Shown piece by piece: positions 11,745-20,729 of a stretch of DNA of 64,000 nucleotides. Each line of letters opens with the position of its first letter. Positions within the stretch are counted from its first letter, which is position 1. The notes under the pieces are model-generated. The model was not told the DNA's origin and ran no database searches. It worked only from the letters and a program-made list of their open reading frames with translations. The stretch is from Myxococcota bacterium (GTDB lineage: Bacteria; Myxococcota; XYA12-FULL-58-9; JALHOP01). The stretch spans positions 1 through 64,000 of the forward strand of contig JBGGMJ010000158.1 in NCBI GenBank assembly GCA_041288095.1, written 5' to 3'. Position numbers and translations under genes: made by a program.

Positions 11745-12644
11745 CTAGAAGCCCTCGAAAATGGCGACGCGCTTCTCGCTGCGACTGCGCGCCTGCGCGA
11801 GGCTCACGTTGACGGCGCGATAAAGGGTGCTGGCTTGCGCGATCTCCGGGTGCGGATACGTCGCCGCGGCGATCGCCAGGGACTTGCCGCGCTCGAGGCC
11901 TTCGCCAGAGAGGGCCTCGTCGACGCGCTCGATGACCCGGCGAGCACCCGCGGGCGGCGTGCCCGGCAGGAGCATCACGAACTCGGAGGCGTCGACGCGA
12001 AACACCATGTCGGCGCCGCGCAACACCTTCTCGATGGTGGTGGCGATGACCCGGAGGCGATCATCGGCGGACTCACGGCCGTTCCCGGAGAGGAGCTGCG
12101 AGAAGGTTTCGTCCGAAATGACGACGCACGAGAGCTCCTTGCCGGTGACGCGGGCGCACGTGAAGTGCGCATCGAGCGCCGCCGACAACATTCCGAACGA
12201 GCCGACTCCGGTGACCGGGTCCTTGGCGCGCATCTCGAGCAAAGTGGTCTCGGCGTCGCGCAGACCGTTTTCGAGCTTGGTGATCGATACGGCGCGCTGA
12301 ATACGCCTGCGGAGCTCGACGACGCGGAAGGGCTTCTCGACGAAGTCGATGGCACCGAGCTCGGTGCCGCGCATCTTGCCAGCGGCGTCGGCGGAGGCGG
12401 TAACGACGATGACGGCCGGCATCGGCTTGCCGTCGCCTTTGCGCAGGCGCTCGAGCACGCCGAAGCCGTCGAGCTTGGGCATGTTGAGATCGAGGAGCAC
12501 GACATCCGGTCGTTGCCGGCTCATCTGGTCGAGCGCGTCTTCACCGTCGACCGCGGACAGCACGGTCATGCCCATGCCCTGACAAAGCTCGACGACAACG
12601 TCACGCGTGGCGTCGTCATCGTCGGCTACCAACGCTACTGCCAC
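11745..12644 (-). CDS. Response regulator: receiver plus degenerate GGDEF domain
   Basis: VADDD...LLDLNMPKLDG...KPF receiver; DPVTG; RGADMVFRVDASEF in place of RxxDxxxRxGGEEF; GGAGG RBS. Confidence 0.85.
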   Translation of the reverse strand: MAVALVADDDDATRDVVVELCQGMGMTVLSAVDGEDALDQMSRQRPDVVLLDLNMPKLDGFGVLERLRKGDGKPMPAVIVVTASADAAGKMRGTELGAIDFVEKPFRVVELRRRIQRAVSITKLENGLRDAETTLLEMRAKDPVTGVGSFGMLSAALDAHFTCARVTGKELSCVVISDETFSQLLSGNGRESADDRLRVIATTIEKVLRGADMVFRVDASEFVMLLPGTPPAGARRVIERVDEALSGEGLERGKSLAIAAATYPHPEIAQASTLYRAVNVSLAQARSRSEKRVAIFEGF

Positions 12645-12789
12645 CGCTGCCTCCGAACCGGGCGTCCACTCGGAGATCTCAGTTTAGCCGTGGCCGCGAT
12701 GGCGGTCCAATTCGTGGGAGGAAAGATCCTCGGGGCATGCGCATGGGACCTACATCAGCTGCCTGCGCGGCTTACGGAGGTTACACCCC

Positions 12790-14448
12790 ATGCGGCCCTC
12801 GAGGCTCGCCACGGTACTCGTGTGCGCTGTAACGGCGGGATGCTTGGGCATTATCGACCAAGCGCCGACACAAGCGACCACATCCACCGACGAGGAGGGG
12901 CTTGCGTGCGTGGGGGCACCGGTCGATCTCGGGGCGACGCCTTTAGCGCGCCTGACGAACTTCGAATACGACAATACCGTCCGCGATCTCCTGGGCGTCG
13001 ACTTGCGCCTCGCGGCCGAGTTCACCGGTGAGCCGCGCGCTCCCGGCTTCGACTTCGACAACAACGCGACCATCCTGAGCACGCCACAACTGCTGGTGGA
13101 GCAATACGGCAACGCCGCGACCCGGATCGCCGCCGCCGCGGTCGCGAATCTGACGAGCCTCCTGCCATGTGCGCCGGCGGGCGCGGAGGCTGCTTGTGGC
13201 CGGCAGTTCGTCGACCAGCTCTTGCGCCGCGCTTTTCGCAGGCCACCCATGCCCGACGAGCGTGACCGCTATCGCGCCTTCTTCGCGGACAATCTCGCGG
13301 CCTACGACTTCGGCACCTCGGCGCGCATGTTCGTCGAGGCCGTGCTCCAGTCTCCACAATTCCTCTACCGCGAGGAGGTCGGCGACGTCGCCGGCAAGGT
13401 GGGCAGCGCCATTCCGCTGACCTCGCACGAGCTTGCCTCCCGCCTCTCCTATCTCTTGTGGCGCTCGATGCCGGATGCCGAGTTGTTCGCCGCGGCGGAC
13501 GCGAACCTCTTGTTGCAGCCGGACGCGCTCGCGAGCCAGGTCGAGCGCATGCTCGAGGATCCGCGGGTCCAGGAATCGGTCGACCACTTCCATGCCCAGT
13601 GGTTGCACCTCGAAAAGCTCGACCGCTCCGAGAAGGATGCGACGTTGCATCCAGAATTCACGAACGACCTGCGCGCTTCGATGCGCGAGGAGACCCTGCG
13701 GTTCACCCGCGCGGTCTGGCAAAACGGAGGCAGCCTCGACGAGCTGCTGACCGGCGACTTCACTTTCGTCGACGATCGCTTGCGTGAGCATTACGGAATG
13801 TCCCCGCGCAATCCCGGAAGCGCGCTCTGGCAACGTGTTCCATTGGGGAGCACGTCGCGAGGAGGGGTGCTCACGCAAGCATCAATCTTGTCGCTCACCG
13901 CGCACGCGGGCGACACGTTTCCGACGAACCGGGGCAAGCTCGTGCGCGAGCAGCTCTTGTGCATGCCGATGGCTCCGCCTCCGCCCGGGGTCAGCGCCGA
14001 CCTCGGCGCCGTGCCCGCCGACTTGCCGGTCCGCGAGAAGCTCGTGCGCCACGCGACCGACGGGAGCTGCGCGAGTTGCCACCGCCTCATGGATCCCATC
14101 GGCTTCGGCTTCGAGGGCTTCGGGCCGACCGGCGCCGAGCGCACCCAGGACCGCTGGGGCAATCCCGTTGAGACGCACGGCGAGCTCATCGGCACCGGCG
14201 ACATCGACGGCACCTTCGCGAATCCCAAGGAGCTCGCGGGACTCCTGGCATCGAGCACGCAGACGCAGGAGTGCGCGGTCATCCAGATGTTCCAGTTCGG
14301 CTACGGCCGCCGCGTGACGCGCGCCGACGGGTGCACGGTGAAATCGCTGCGCGACCAGTTCGCCGCGAGCGGCGGCAGCCTGCGCGAGCTGGTCACGGCG
14401 CTGACGACGACGCATGCGTTCCGCTATCGCGTACCCGTGAAGGAGTAG
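12790..14448 (+). CDS. DUF1592/DUF1588-family exported protein with C-terminal CxxCH
   Basis: Lipobox-like TAGC, RLTNFEYDNTVRDLLG, LQSPQFLYR, ELASRLSYLLW.SMPD, CASCH..MDPIGFGFE. Confidence 0.88.
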   Translation: MRPSRLATVLVCAVTAGCLGIIDQAPTQATTSTDEEGLACVGAPVDLGATPLARLTNFEYDNTVRDLLGVDLRLAAEFTGEPRAPGFDFDNNATILSTPQLLVEQYGNAATRIAAAAVANLTSLLPCAPAGAEAACGRQFVDQLLRRAFRRPPMPDERDRYRAFFADNLAAYDFGTSARMFVEAVLQSPQFLYREEVGDVAGKVGSAIPLTSHELASRLSYLLWRSMPDAELFAAADANLLLQPDALASQVERMLEDPRVQESVDHFHAQWLHLEKLDRSEKDATLHPEFTNDLRASMREETLRFTRAVWQNGGSLDELLTGDFTFVDDRLREHYGMSPRNPGSALWQRVPLGSTSRGGVLTQASILSLTAHAGDTFPTNRGKLVREQLLCMPMAPPPPGVSADLGAVPADLPVREKLVRHATDGSCASCHRLMDPIGFGFEGFGPTGAERTQDRWGNPVETHGELIGTGDIDGTFANPKELAGLLASSTQTQECAVIQMFQFGYGRRVTRADGCTVKSLRDQFAASGGSLRELVTALTTTHAFRYRVPVKE

Positions 14449-14451
14449 ACG

Positions 14452-15822
14452 ATGAAGACCAGGATTGACCGCCGCACCTTGTTGCGTGGCCTCGGTGGCG
14501 CGGCCATCGCCCTGCCCTTCCTGGAATCGATGACGCCTGGGTCGGCGTCCGCTCAGACGGCGACGGCGCCACGCCGCGTGCTCGTGGTCTTTTCGCCGAG
14601 CGGCACCCTGCGCAACGAGTGGATCGCGAGTGGTGGGCTCAGCGACTTCACGTTCGGGCCACTGCTCGCGCCGCTGAACGATCACAAGGACAAGATCATC
14701 GTCATGCAGGGCCTGGTGATGGGCACCATTCCCTCGACGCCCGTCGGCGATGGTCACACCAAGAACTTCGGCGCCATGCTCACCGGCGGTCGCCTCACCT
14801 CCAACAACGGCGCCTGGGACTTCGCCGACCGCGCCTCATTCGACCAGCTGATGGCGCAGGACCCGAACATCGGCGGCAAGACGCGCTTTCGCTCCCTCGA
14901 GCTGTCGTCGGGGCGCGACGGCAACGACCTCTGGAACCGCATGATCTACGCGGGCCCGAAGCAGCCGGTGGCGCCACGCCGCAAGCCGGACGAAGTCTTC
15001 GACCTCTTGTTCTCCGACTTCACGCCGGAGACGGGAGCGGCGCCGGACCCAGCGGCCGAGGCACGACGTCTGCAAAAGCGGTCAGTGCTGGACTTCGTGG
15101 GCGGCGAATACACGCGTTTGAAGTCACGTATCTCGGCGCAAGATCACTACGTCGTCGACCAGCACTTCACGGCGATCCGCGAGCTCGAGCAGCGCGTCGC
15201 CGGCGCCGCGGAGCAGCAGCAACAAACGTCGTCGTGCACGGTACCGGCGCGGCCGGCGACCCATGCATCCGACTATTACGGCAGCGACGCGGCGTACCCC
15301 GAGATGGTGAAGCTCCACATGGACCTCACGGTACGAGCCCTCGCCTGTGACTTGACGCGCATCGCCTCGCTGCAGCTATCGGCCTGCTCGAGCGGCACGC
15401 GCTTCACGTGGCTCGGCGTGACCGAGGAGCACCACACGCTGTCGCACGATCAACACGGCGATCCCAACGTGGCGCGGCCGAAGTATCGCCAGACCCAGGT
15501 CTGGTACGCCCAGCAGATCGCCTACCTGCTGGCCGAGATGCGGAAGATCGACGAAGGAAACGGCAAGTCGCTGCTCGACAACACGGCGGTGCTTTGGTGC
15601 ACCGAAGTGAACCACGGCAACGATCACAGCTACCACGACATGTCGTGGCTGCTTGCCGGGAGCTGCGGCGGCGCCTTCCAGACCGGCCGCAACCTGCAGT
15701 ACGCGCCCTACGGGACCAACTACACGCAGGACCTGCTCACCTCGCTGATGCAAGCGATGGGCTCTAGCGTCGCGAAGCTCGGCGACCCAGCGTTCTGCAA
15801 CGGGCCCCTCGCCGGCCTCTAG
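14452..15822 (+). CDS. DUF1552-family Tat-type protein
   Basis: RRTLLRGLGGAAIALPFLESM, SFDQ, SVLD, HFTAIRELE, ALACDLTR, HTLSH; 3 nt after its usual DUF1592 partner. Confidence 0.88.
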   Translation: MKTRIDRRTLLRGLGGAAIALPFLESMTPGSASAQTATAPRRVLVVFSPSGTLRNEWIASGGLSDFTFGPLLAPLNDHKDKIIVMQGLVMGTIPSTPVGDGHTKNFGAMLTGGRLTSNNGAWDFADRASFDQLMAQDPNIGGKTRFRSLELSSGRDGNDLWNRMIYAGPKQPVAPRRKPDEVFDLLFSDFTPETGAAPDPAAEARRLQKRSVLDFVGGEYTRLKSRISAQDHYVVDQHFTAIRELEQRVAGAAEQQQQTSSCTVPARPATHASDYYGSDAAYPEMVKLHMDLTVRALACDLTRIASLQLSACSSGTRFTWLGVTEEHHTLSHDQHGDPNVARPKYRQTQVWYAQQIAYLLAEMRKIDEGNGKSLLDNTAVLWCTEVNHGNDHSYHDMSWLLAGSCGGAFQTGRNLQYAPYGTNYTQDLLTSLMQAMGSSVAKLGDPAFCNGPLAGL

Positions 15823-17168
15823 TCGTCCTTCGCCAGATTCTCGAACTTCGTATACTCGTTGAAGAAGCGAAGTCTCACCGTGCCCGTCGGCCCATTACGC
15901 TGCTTGCCGATGATGAACTCCGCGACACCTTTATCTGGTGACGCTGGGTTGTAGTACTCATCGCGGTACACGAAGCAGATCACGTCCGCGTCTTGCTCGA
16001 TAGCGCCCGACTCGCGAAGGTCCGAGAGCATTGGCCGCTTGTCCTGCCTCTGCTCGAGCGAGCGGTTCAGCTGCGACAACGCGATAACGGGCACCTTGAG
16101 CTCTTTACCGAGCGCCTTGAGGCCGCGGGAGATTTCGCTGATCTCGCGCTCGCGGCCTTCGTTCGAGGTGCGGCCGCGCATGAGCTGCAGGTAGTCGACC
16201 ATGATGAGTCCCAGCCCGCGCTCGGCTTGGAGGCGCCGCGCCTTGGCGCGCATCTCGAGGACGCTGATCGCTCCGGTATCGTCGAGGTACATGGGCGCTT
16301 CAGCGAGAGCGCCGGCCGCGCGCGCGAGCTTCGGCCAATCGGTCGAGTTCAAGAAGCCGCCGCGCATGCGCTGGCTGTCGATACGCGCCTCGGAGCAAAG
16401 CATACGCATGACGAGCGCCTCCTTGCTCATTTCGAGCGAGAAGACGAGCGCCGGCACCTTCTGATGAACGGCCGCGTACTGGGCGATGTTGAGCGCCACC
16501 GCCGTCTTTCCCATGGAAGGACGGCCGGCGATGATGATGAGGTCGGACGGCTGGAAGCCGGCGGTCATCTTGTCGAGGTCCTGGAAGCCGGTGGGCACCC
16601 CGGTGACCAGCTCCTTGCGCTCGTAGAGCTTCTCGATGGTCTTGAAAGCGTCTTTGACGACGTCTTTGAGCGGCGTGTAGCTGCGGTGCTCGCGGGCGCT
16701 GGTGATCTCGAAGATCTTGGCTTCGGCTTGGTCGAGCAGGATGTCGACCGTCTCGCCGCCTTGATAACCCGAGGTCGCGATCATGGTCGCCGCCGCGATC
16801 AAGCGTCGGGACAGAGCCGCGTCGCGAACGATGCGCGCGTAGTGGATGGCGTTCGCCGCCGTCGGCGTGAGCTCGGTGAGGTGCGCGATGTACTCGCTAC
16901 CGCCGACTCCGTCGATCTTGCCCTGGCCGCGTAGGTCGTAGCAGACGGTGACCTCGTCGATGGGCTCGTTGCGCTCGAAGAGGCGCAGAACTGCCTCGTA
17001 GATGGCGGCGTGCGCGGGCCGATAGAAGTCCTCGGGCTTGAGCAGCTCGATGCATTCGCTGACGGCCGCGCGCTCGAGCAGCATGGCGCCCAAGACGCTA
17101 CGTTCGGCGTCGACGTCTTGGGGGGGCAATTTGCCCTGGGGGCGCTGAGGGGAGGCGTCGGCCAACAT
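15819..17168 (-). CDS. dnaB: Replicative DNA helicase
   Basis: AERSVLG, AGRPSMGKT, FSLEMS, VDYLQL, ALSQLNR, SDLRESGAIEQDAD, KQRNGPTG; no intein. Confidence 0.98.
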   Translation of the reverse strand: MLADASPQRPQGKLPPQDVDAERSVLGAMLLERAAVSECIELLKPEDFYRPAHAAIYEAVLRLFERNEPIDEVTVCYDLRGQGKIDGVGGSEYIAHLTELTPTAANAIHYARIVRDAALSRRLIAAATMIATSGYQGGETVDILLDQAEAKIFEITSAREHRSYTPLKDVVKDAFKTIEKLYERKELVTGVPTGFQDLDKMTAGFQPSDLIIIAGRPSMGKTAVALNIAQYAAVHQKVPALVFSLEMSKEALVMRMLCSEARIDSQRMRGGFLNSTDWPKLARAAGALAEAPMYLDDTGAISVLEMRAKARRLQAERGLGLIMVDYLQLMRGRTSNEGREREISEISRGLKALGKELKVPVIALSQLNRSLEQRQDKRPMLSDLRESGAIEQDADVICFVYRDEYYNPASPDKGVAEFIIGKQRNGPTGTVRLRFFNEYTKFENLAKDD

Positions 17169-17258
17169 CGGTCACTTCGTGCAAACGAGGGAAACAGACT
17201 ATGCCAGATCGACTTCTGGAAATGCACGCTGATCTCTGTTGCGGCCCCCCTTGGCATG

Positions 17259-17264
17259 TATACT
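17259..17264 (+). promoter_or_regulatory. Candidate -10 hexamer TATACT 6 nt before the GTG start of the kinase gene (possible leaderless transcript)
   Basis: TATACT-ggggtc-GTG; pattern match only. Confidence 0.3.
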
Positions 17265-17270
17265 GGGGTC

Positions 17271-18947
17271 GTGAGCCTACGCCTTCAGGTGATGGTCTTG
17301 GTCGCCGTGCTGGTGGCAATAAGTGTCGCCGCCATCAGTGGCATTCTGATCGCGCGTTTCCAGACGGACATGCAGCGTGAGATGACGGGCTGGTCCGAGG
17401 TGATCCGCGCCGACTTGATCGATCGCGGCAAAGCCGTGGCGACGAACGCAGCCATGTCGGCCTCCGAAGCGATCGACTCGCGTGACTTCTTGTTCCTGGC
17501 CGCGCTGGTGAAGACCGCGACGACCCAGGATCCCGACATCGAGTACGGCTTCCTCGCCGACAAGAACGGCCGCATCCTGGTGCACAGCACGCCGCAGGAG
17601 ACCGGGAAAATCCTGAAGGTCGAGGAGTACAAGGAAGCCGTCACCTCCGGCTCGGCCCAGCCGCGTGACACGGTCGTCGAAGGCAAGCCCACCATCGAAG
17701 TGGTGGCGCCGATCACCGTCGGCAACTTCCTCTGGGGCACGATGCACTTCGGCCTCTCGCTCGCTAAGCTCGATCAAGCGCAGCAGCAAAGCCGCGCGGT
17801 CATCTCGACGCGCATGAAACAGGGCATTACCGCGACCGCCATCGGTGGCGGCGTGGTCCTCGTGCTGGGCGCGCTACTCGGAGCTTTCGCGGCGACACGC
17901 ATCTCGGCGCCGCTCAAGCGCTTGAGCGAAGACATCGATCGCATCCGCAGTGGTGATCGTCAGCACTTGGTGCGCGCCGGTGGCTGCCGCGAGTTCGCGC
18001 TCTTCGGCATGGGCATCAACGAGCTCACGAACCAGAACCAGCAATCGGAACAATCGCTGAAGAAGAACATCGAAACGCTGGGCAGCGCTCTCGACGAAGC
18101 GCAAAACGCCTCGCGCTCACGCGACCAGTTCCTCGCCAACGTCTCGCACGAGCTGTCGACGCCGCTGAACGCCATCCTCACCGTGCCGCGCTCGCTGCTC
18201 GATGACTATCGCATGATGAAGGTCTGGCACTGCGGCAACTGCGGCTCGGTCTTCGAAGTCGAAGGCAAGGCGAGCGGCGCCCAGCAGTGCCCCGACTGCC
18301 ACATCCCCTTGAAGCTCGAGGATCGCCATATCTTCACCGGCGATCCCAACGAGCATTTCCACTTCATGGGGCGCGTGCGCCAGGCGACGAACCACATGAA
18401 GCGCATCATCCAGGCCTTCGTCGACTACTCGAAGCTCAAGGGCGCGCGCATGGTCGCGAGGCGCGAGCAGGTGCGCGTCGCCGACCTGGTCGCCGACGTC
18501 CGCGACATCATCGGCCCGCTCGCCGAAGAGAAGAAGGTCAAGCTCGAGCTGCCCAACATCGACCCCAGCATCGTCATCGATGCGGATCGCACGATGTTGT
18601 CGCAGATCCTGGTGAACCTCGTGGGCAACGCCGTGAAGTTCACCCCCGCCAGCGGCACGGCGACGCTCGAGATCGGCGGCCGCAACGGCATGCTGTCGTT
18701 CCGCGTCCGCGACACCGGCGTCGGCATCCCCCGCGAGGAGCTCGACAACATCTTCCGCGCCTTCTACCAGGTCGATGGCTCGCACACGCGCGCCTTCGGC
18801 GGCACGGGCTTGGGCCTTGCCATCGCCCGTGAGATGGTCGAGCTGCATCAAGGCCGTGTTTGGGCCGAGAGCGAAGGTCGAGGCAAAGGTAGCGTGTTCA
18901 CCTTCGAGTTTCCGGGTACGGCCGCCAAGGCCGCGAGGGCCTCATAG
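17271..18947 (+). CDS. Membrane sensor histidine kinase (TM - Cache-like - TM - HAMP - HisKA with Zn-ribbon insert - HATPase); start at 17256 or 17271
   Basis: Two TM segments; H-box FLANVSHELSTPLNAI; N-box QILVNLVGNAVKFT; G1 DTGVGI; F-box IFRAFYQ; G2 GTGLGLAI; CGNC-x15-CPDC insert. Confidence 0.93.
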   Translation: MSLRLQVMVLVAVLVAISVAAISGILIARFQTDMQREMTGWSEVIRADLIDRGKAVATNAAMSASEAIDSRDFLFLAALVKTATTQDPDIEYGFLADKNGRILVHSTPQETGKILKVEEYKEAVTSGSAQPRDTVVEGKPTIEVVAPITVGNFLWGTMHFGLSLAKLDQAQQQSRAVISTRMKQGITATAIGGGVVLVLGALLGAFAATRISAPLKRLSEDIDRIRSGDRQHLVRAGGCREFALFGMGINELTNQNQQSEQSLKKNIETLGSALDEAQNASRSRDQFLANVSHELSTPLNAILTVPRSLLDDYRMMKVWHCGNCGSVFEVEGKASGAQQCPDCHIPLKLEDRHIFTGDPNEHFHFMGRVRQATNHMKRIIQAFVDYSKLKGARMVARREQVRVADLVADVRDIIGPLAEEKKVKLELPNIDPSIVIDADRTMLSQILVNLVGNAVKFTPASGTATLEIGGRNGMLSFRVRDTGVGIPREELDNIFRAFYQVDGSHTRAFGGTGLGLAIAREMVELHQGRVWAESEGRGKGSVFTFEFPGTAAKAARAS

Positions 18948-18949
18948 CG

Positions 18950-20659
18950 ATGGCGCGAGCGCCGCAGCTTCGTCTACGAACTCAGTTCTTCCTGGTCGTG
19001 CTCCTGCTCGTCGGCATCGCCGGCGCGGCAATCACGGCGTTCTTCGTCCGCATGCATCAGGCGGCTCTCGCCGATGTCACGGAAAAGAAAGTCGCGATGA
19101 TCCGCGCCGACCTAGGCGACAAGGCCGCGACCCTCGCCCGCAACGGCGCGGTTAGCTCGGCGCGCTCCGCCGTGATGATGGACTTCACGTTGCTGCAAAA
19201 CGTGATCGGCGCGACCGTGCAGGCCGACCGCAGCATCAAGTCGGCGCTGATCGCCGACGCCTCGGGCAAGATCGTCGTTCACAGCGATCCCTCCAAGGTC
19301 GGTCGCCGCGTCACCGGTGACGCGTTGCCCAACGCCGGCAAGGACCTCACCGTGCGCGAGGTCGTCGACGACAACGGCGTGCCCTCGCTCGAGGCCATTG
19401 CTCCCATCCACGTTGGTGGCGACGTCTGGGGCAGCGTCCGCTATACCGTATCGCTCATCCCCTGTTTGATCGCGACCGAGAACAGCAAGACCGAGCAAAG
19501 CGCGGTTGCGCGCCGAGCCATCATCTTCGCGGGCGGCGTGGGCCTCGTGCTCCTGCTCATCAGCGTCGTCGCCACCGCGCTCGCGGCGAAACCCGTCGTG
19601 CGTCCCGTCTCGCTGCTCGAGGACGCCGTGCAGCGCGTGCTCGCGGGCCAGCAGAACGTGCACGTCGACATCGAGAACCCGCCCGACATCGCCCGGGTCG
19701 GCCGCACCTTCAACGACATGATCGAGGCGATCGGCAACCGCACGAAGCTGCTGCGCCAGGACCGCCGCCGAGTCGAAATCGCGCTCGAAGAAGCCCAGCA
19801 GATCTCCAAGACCAAAGAGGTCTTCCTGGCGCGCGTCTGGCAAGACCTGCTCAACCCGCTGCAGCGCATCGAGCAGGACGGCCAGACCATGCTCAAGAGC
19901 TTCTCGGGCACCGAGGGCTTGGTTTGCGCCTCGTGCAAGACCGCCTTCGAAGCCGCCGACGGCACCGCCGCGGTCGGCAAGCCCTGCCCACGCTGCGGCG
20001 GCAAGCTCGGCAAGAGCACCGTCATGCAGCTCGTCGGCGACGCCGAGGTCGTGCAGAAATCGCTGCGGGACGTCGAGACCCGCGGCACCGAGCTACGCCG
20101 CCTCGTCGGCGAGATCCTCGAGTTCTCCGCGCTCGAGGCCGACCAGAAGAAGCTCAATCTCGAGCAGCTCGAAGTGCCCAAGCTGATCGAAGCGGCCAAG
20201 GTGAGCATGACCGTCATGGCCGAGGGCAAGAAGCTCATCTGGCCCACCAAACCGCCGGCGGTGGGACTCGAAGGCGATCGCATCCGCATCGAGCAGGGCG
20301 TCACGCTCGCCGTCGAGCTGGTCTGCCAGATCTCGCCGCAGCCCTCCGACGTACGCCTCGAGGTCGACGAAGTGACTTACCACGGCGAGCCCGGCATTCA
20401 GTTCGTCGTGCGCGACGCGGGCTCCGGCTTCGCCAAGGAGTTCCTCGACGCCCTGCGCAGCGGCGCCGGTCCTGACGCCCGCGCGACCCTGTCGATGATG
20501 GCCTTACGCCGCGTCGCGGACCTCCACCACGGCGAGCTCTCCATCGAGAGCGACGTTGGCCGCGGCGTCACCGTCCGGCTCATCTTGCCCCGTGGCCAAC
20601 CGCAAGTGCAGCCCCGCCCGGCCCCGCGCCGACGCCAGGCTGAAGGTACAGCTTCGTAA
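18950..20659 (+). CDS. Pseudo-histidine kinase, paralogous architecture with the same Zn-ribbon insert
   Basis: Same TM-Cache-TM-HAMP layout; H-box is FLARVWQDLLNPL (His replaced by Gln); N-box Asn residues absent; DAGSGF retained; G2 box lost; CASC-x16-CPRC. Confidence 0.85.
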   Translation: MARAPQLRLRTQFFLVVLLLVGIAGAAITAFFVRMHQAALADVTEKKVAMIRADLGDKAATLARNGAVSSARSAVMMDFTLLQNVIGATVQADRSIKSALIADASGKIVVHSDPSKVGRRVTGDALPNAGKDLTVREVVDDNGVPSLEAIAPIHVGGDVWGSVRYTVSLIPCLIATENSKTEQSAVARRAIIFAGGVGLVLLLISVVATALAAKPVVRPVSLLEDAVQRVLAGQQNVHVDIENPPDIARVGRTFNDMIEAIGNRTKLLRQDRRRVEIALEEAQQISKTKEVFLARVWQDLLNPLQRIEQDGQTMLKSFSGTEGLVCASCKTAFEAADGTAAVGKPCPRCGGKLGKSTVMQLVGDAEVVQKSLRDVETRGTELRRLVGEILEFSALEADQKKLNLEQLEVPKLIEAAKVSMTVMAEGKKLIWPTKPPAVGLEGDRIRIEQGVTLAVELVCQISPQPSDVRLEVDEVTYHGEPGIQFVVRDAGSGFAKEFLDALRSGAGPDARATLSMMALRRVADLHHGELSIESDVGRGVTVRLILPRGQPQVQPRPAPRRRQAEGTAS

Positions 20660-20729
20660 ATCTTGAGCGGCGGCGCCTTTGCGTCTATTCAAGAGCCGGC
20701 AGCCGCAGCACCCCCGACACCGTTGAGCC

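Noticed and set aside
18288..18302. CPDCH in the kinase as a c-type heme site
   Set aside because: Cytoplasmic, paired with an upstream CxxC, and the paralogue has CPRCG; a four-Cys metal ribbon fits better
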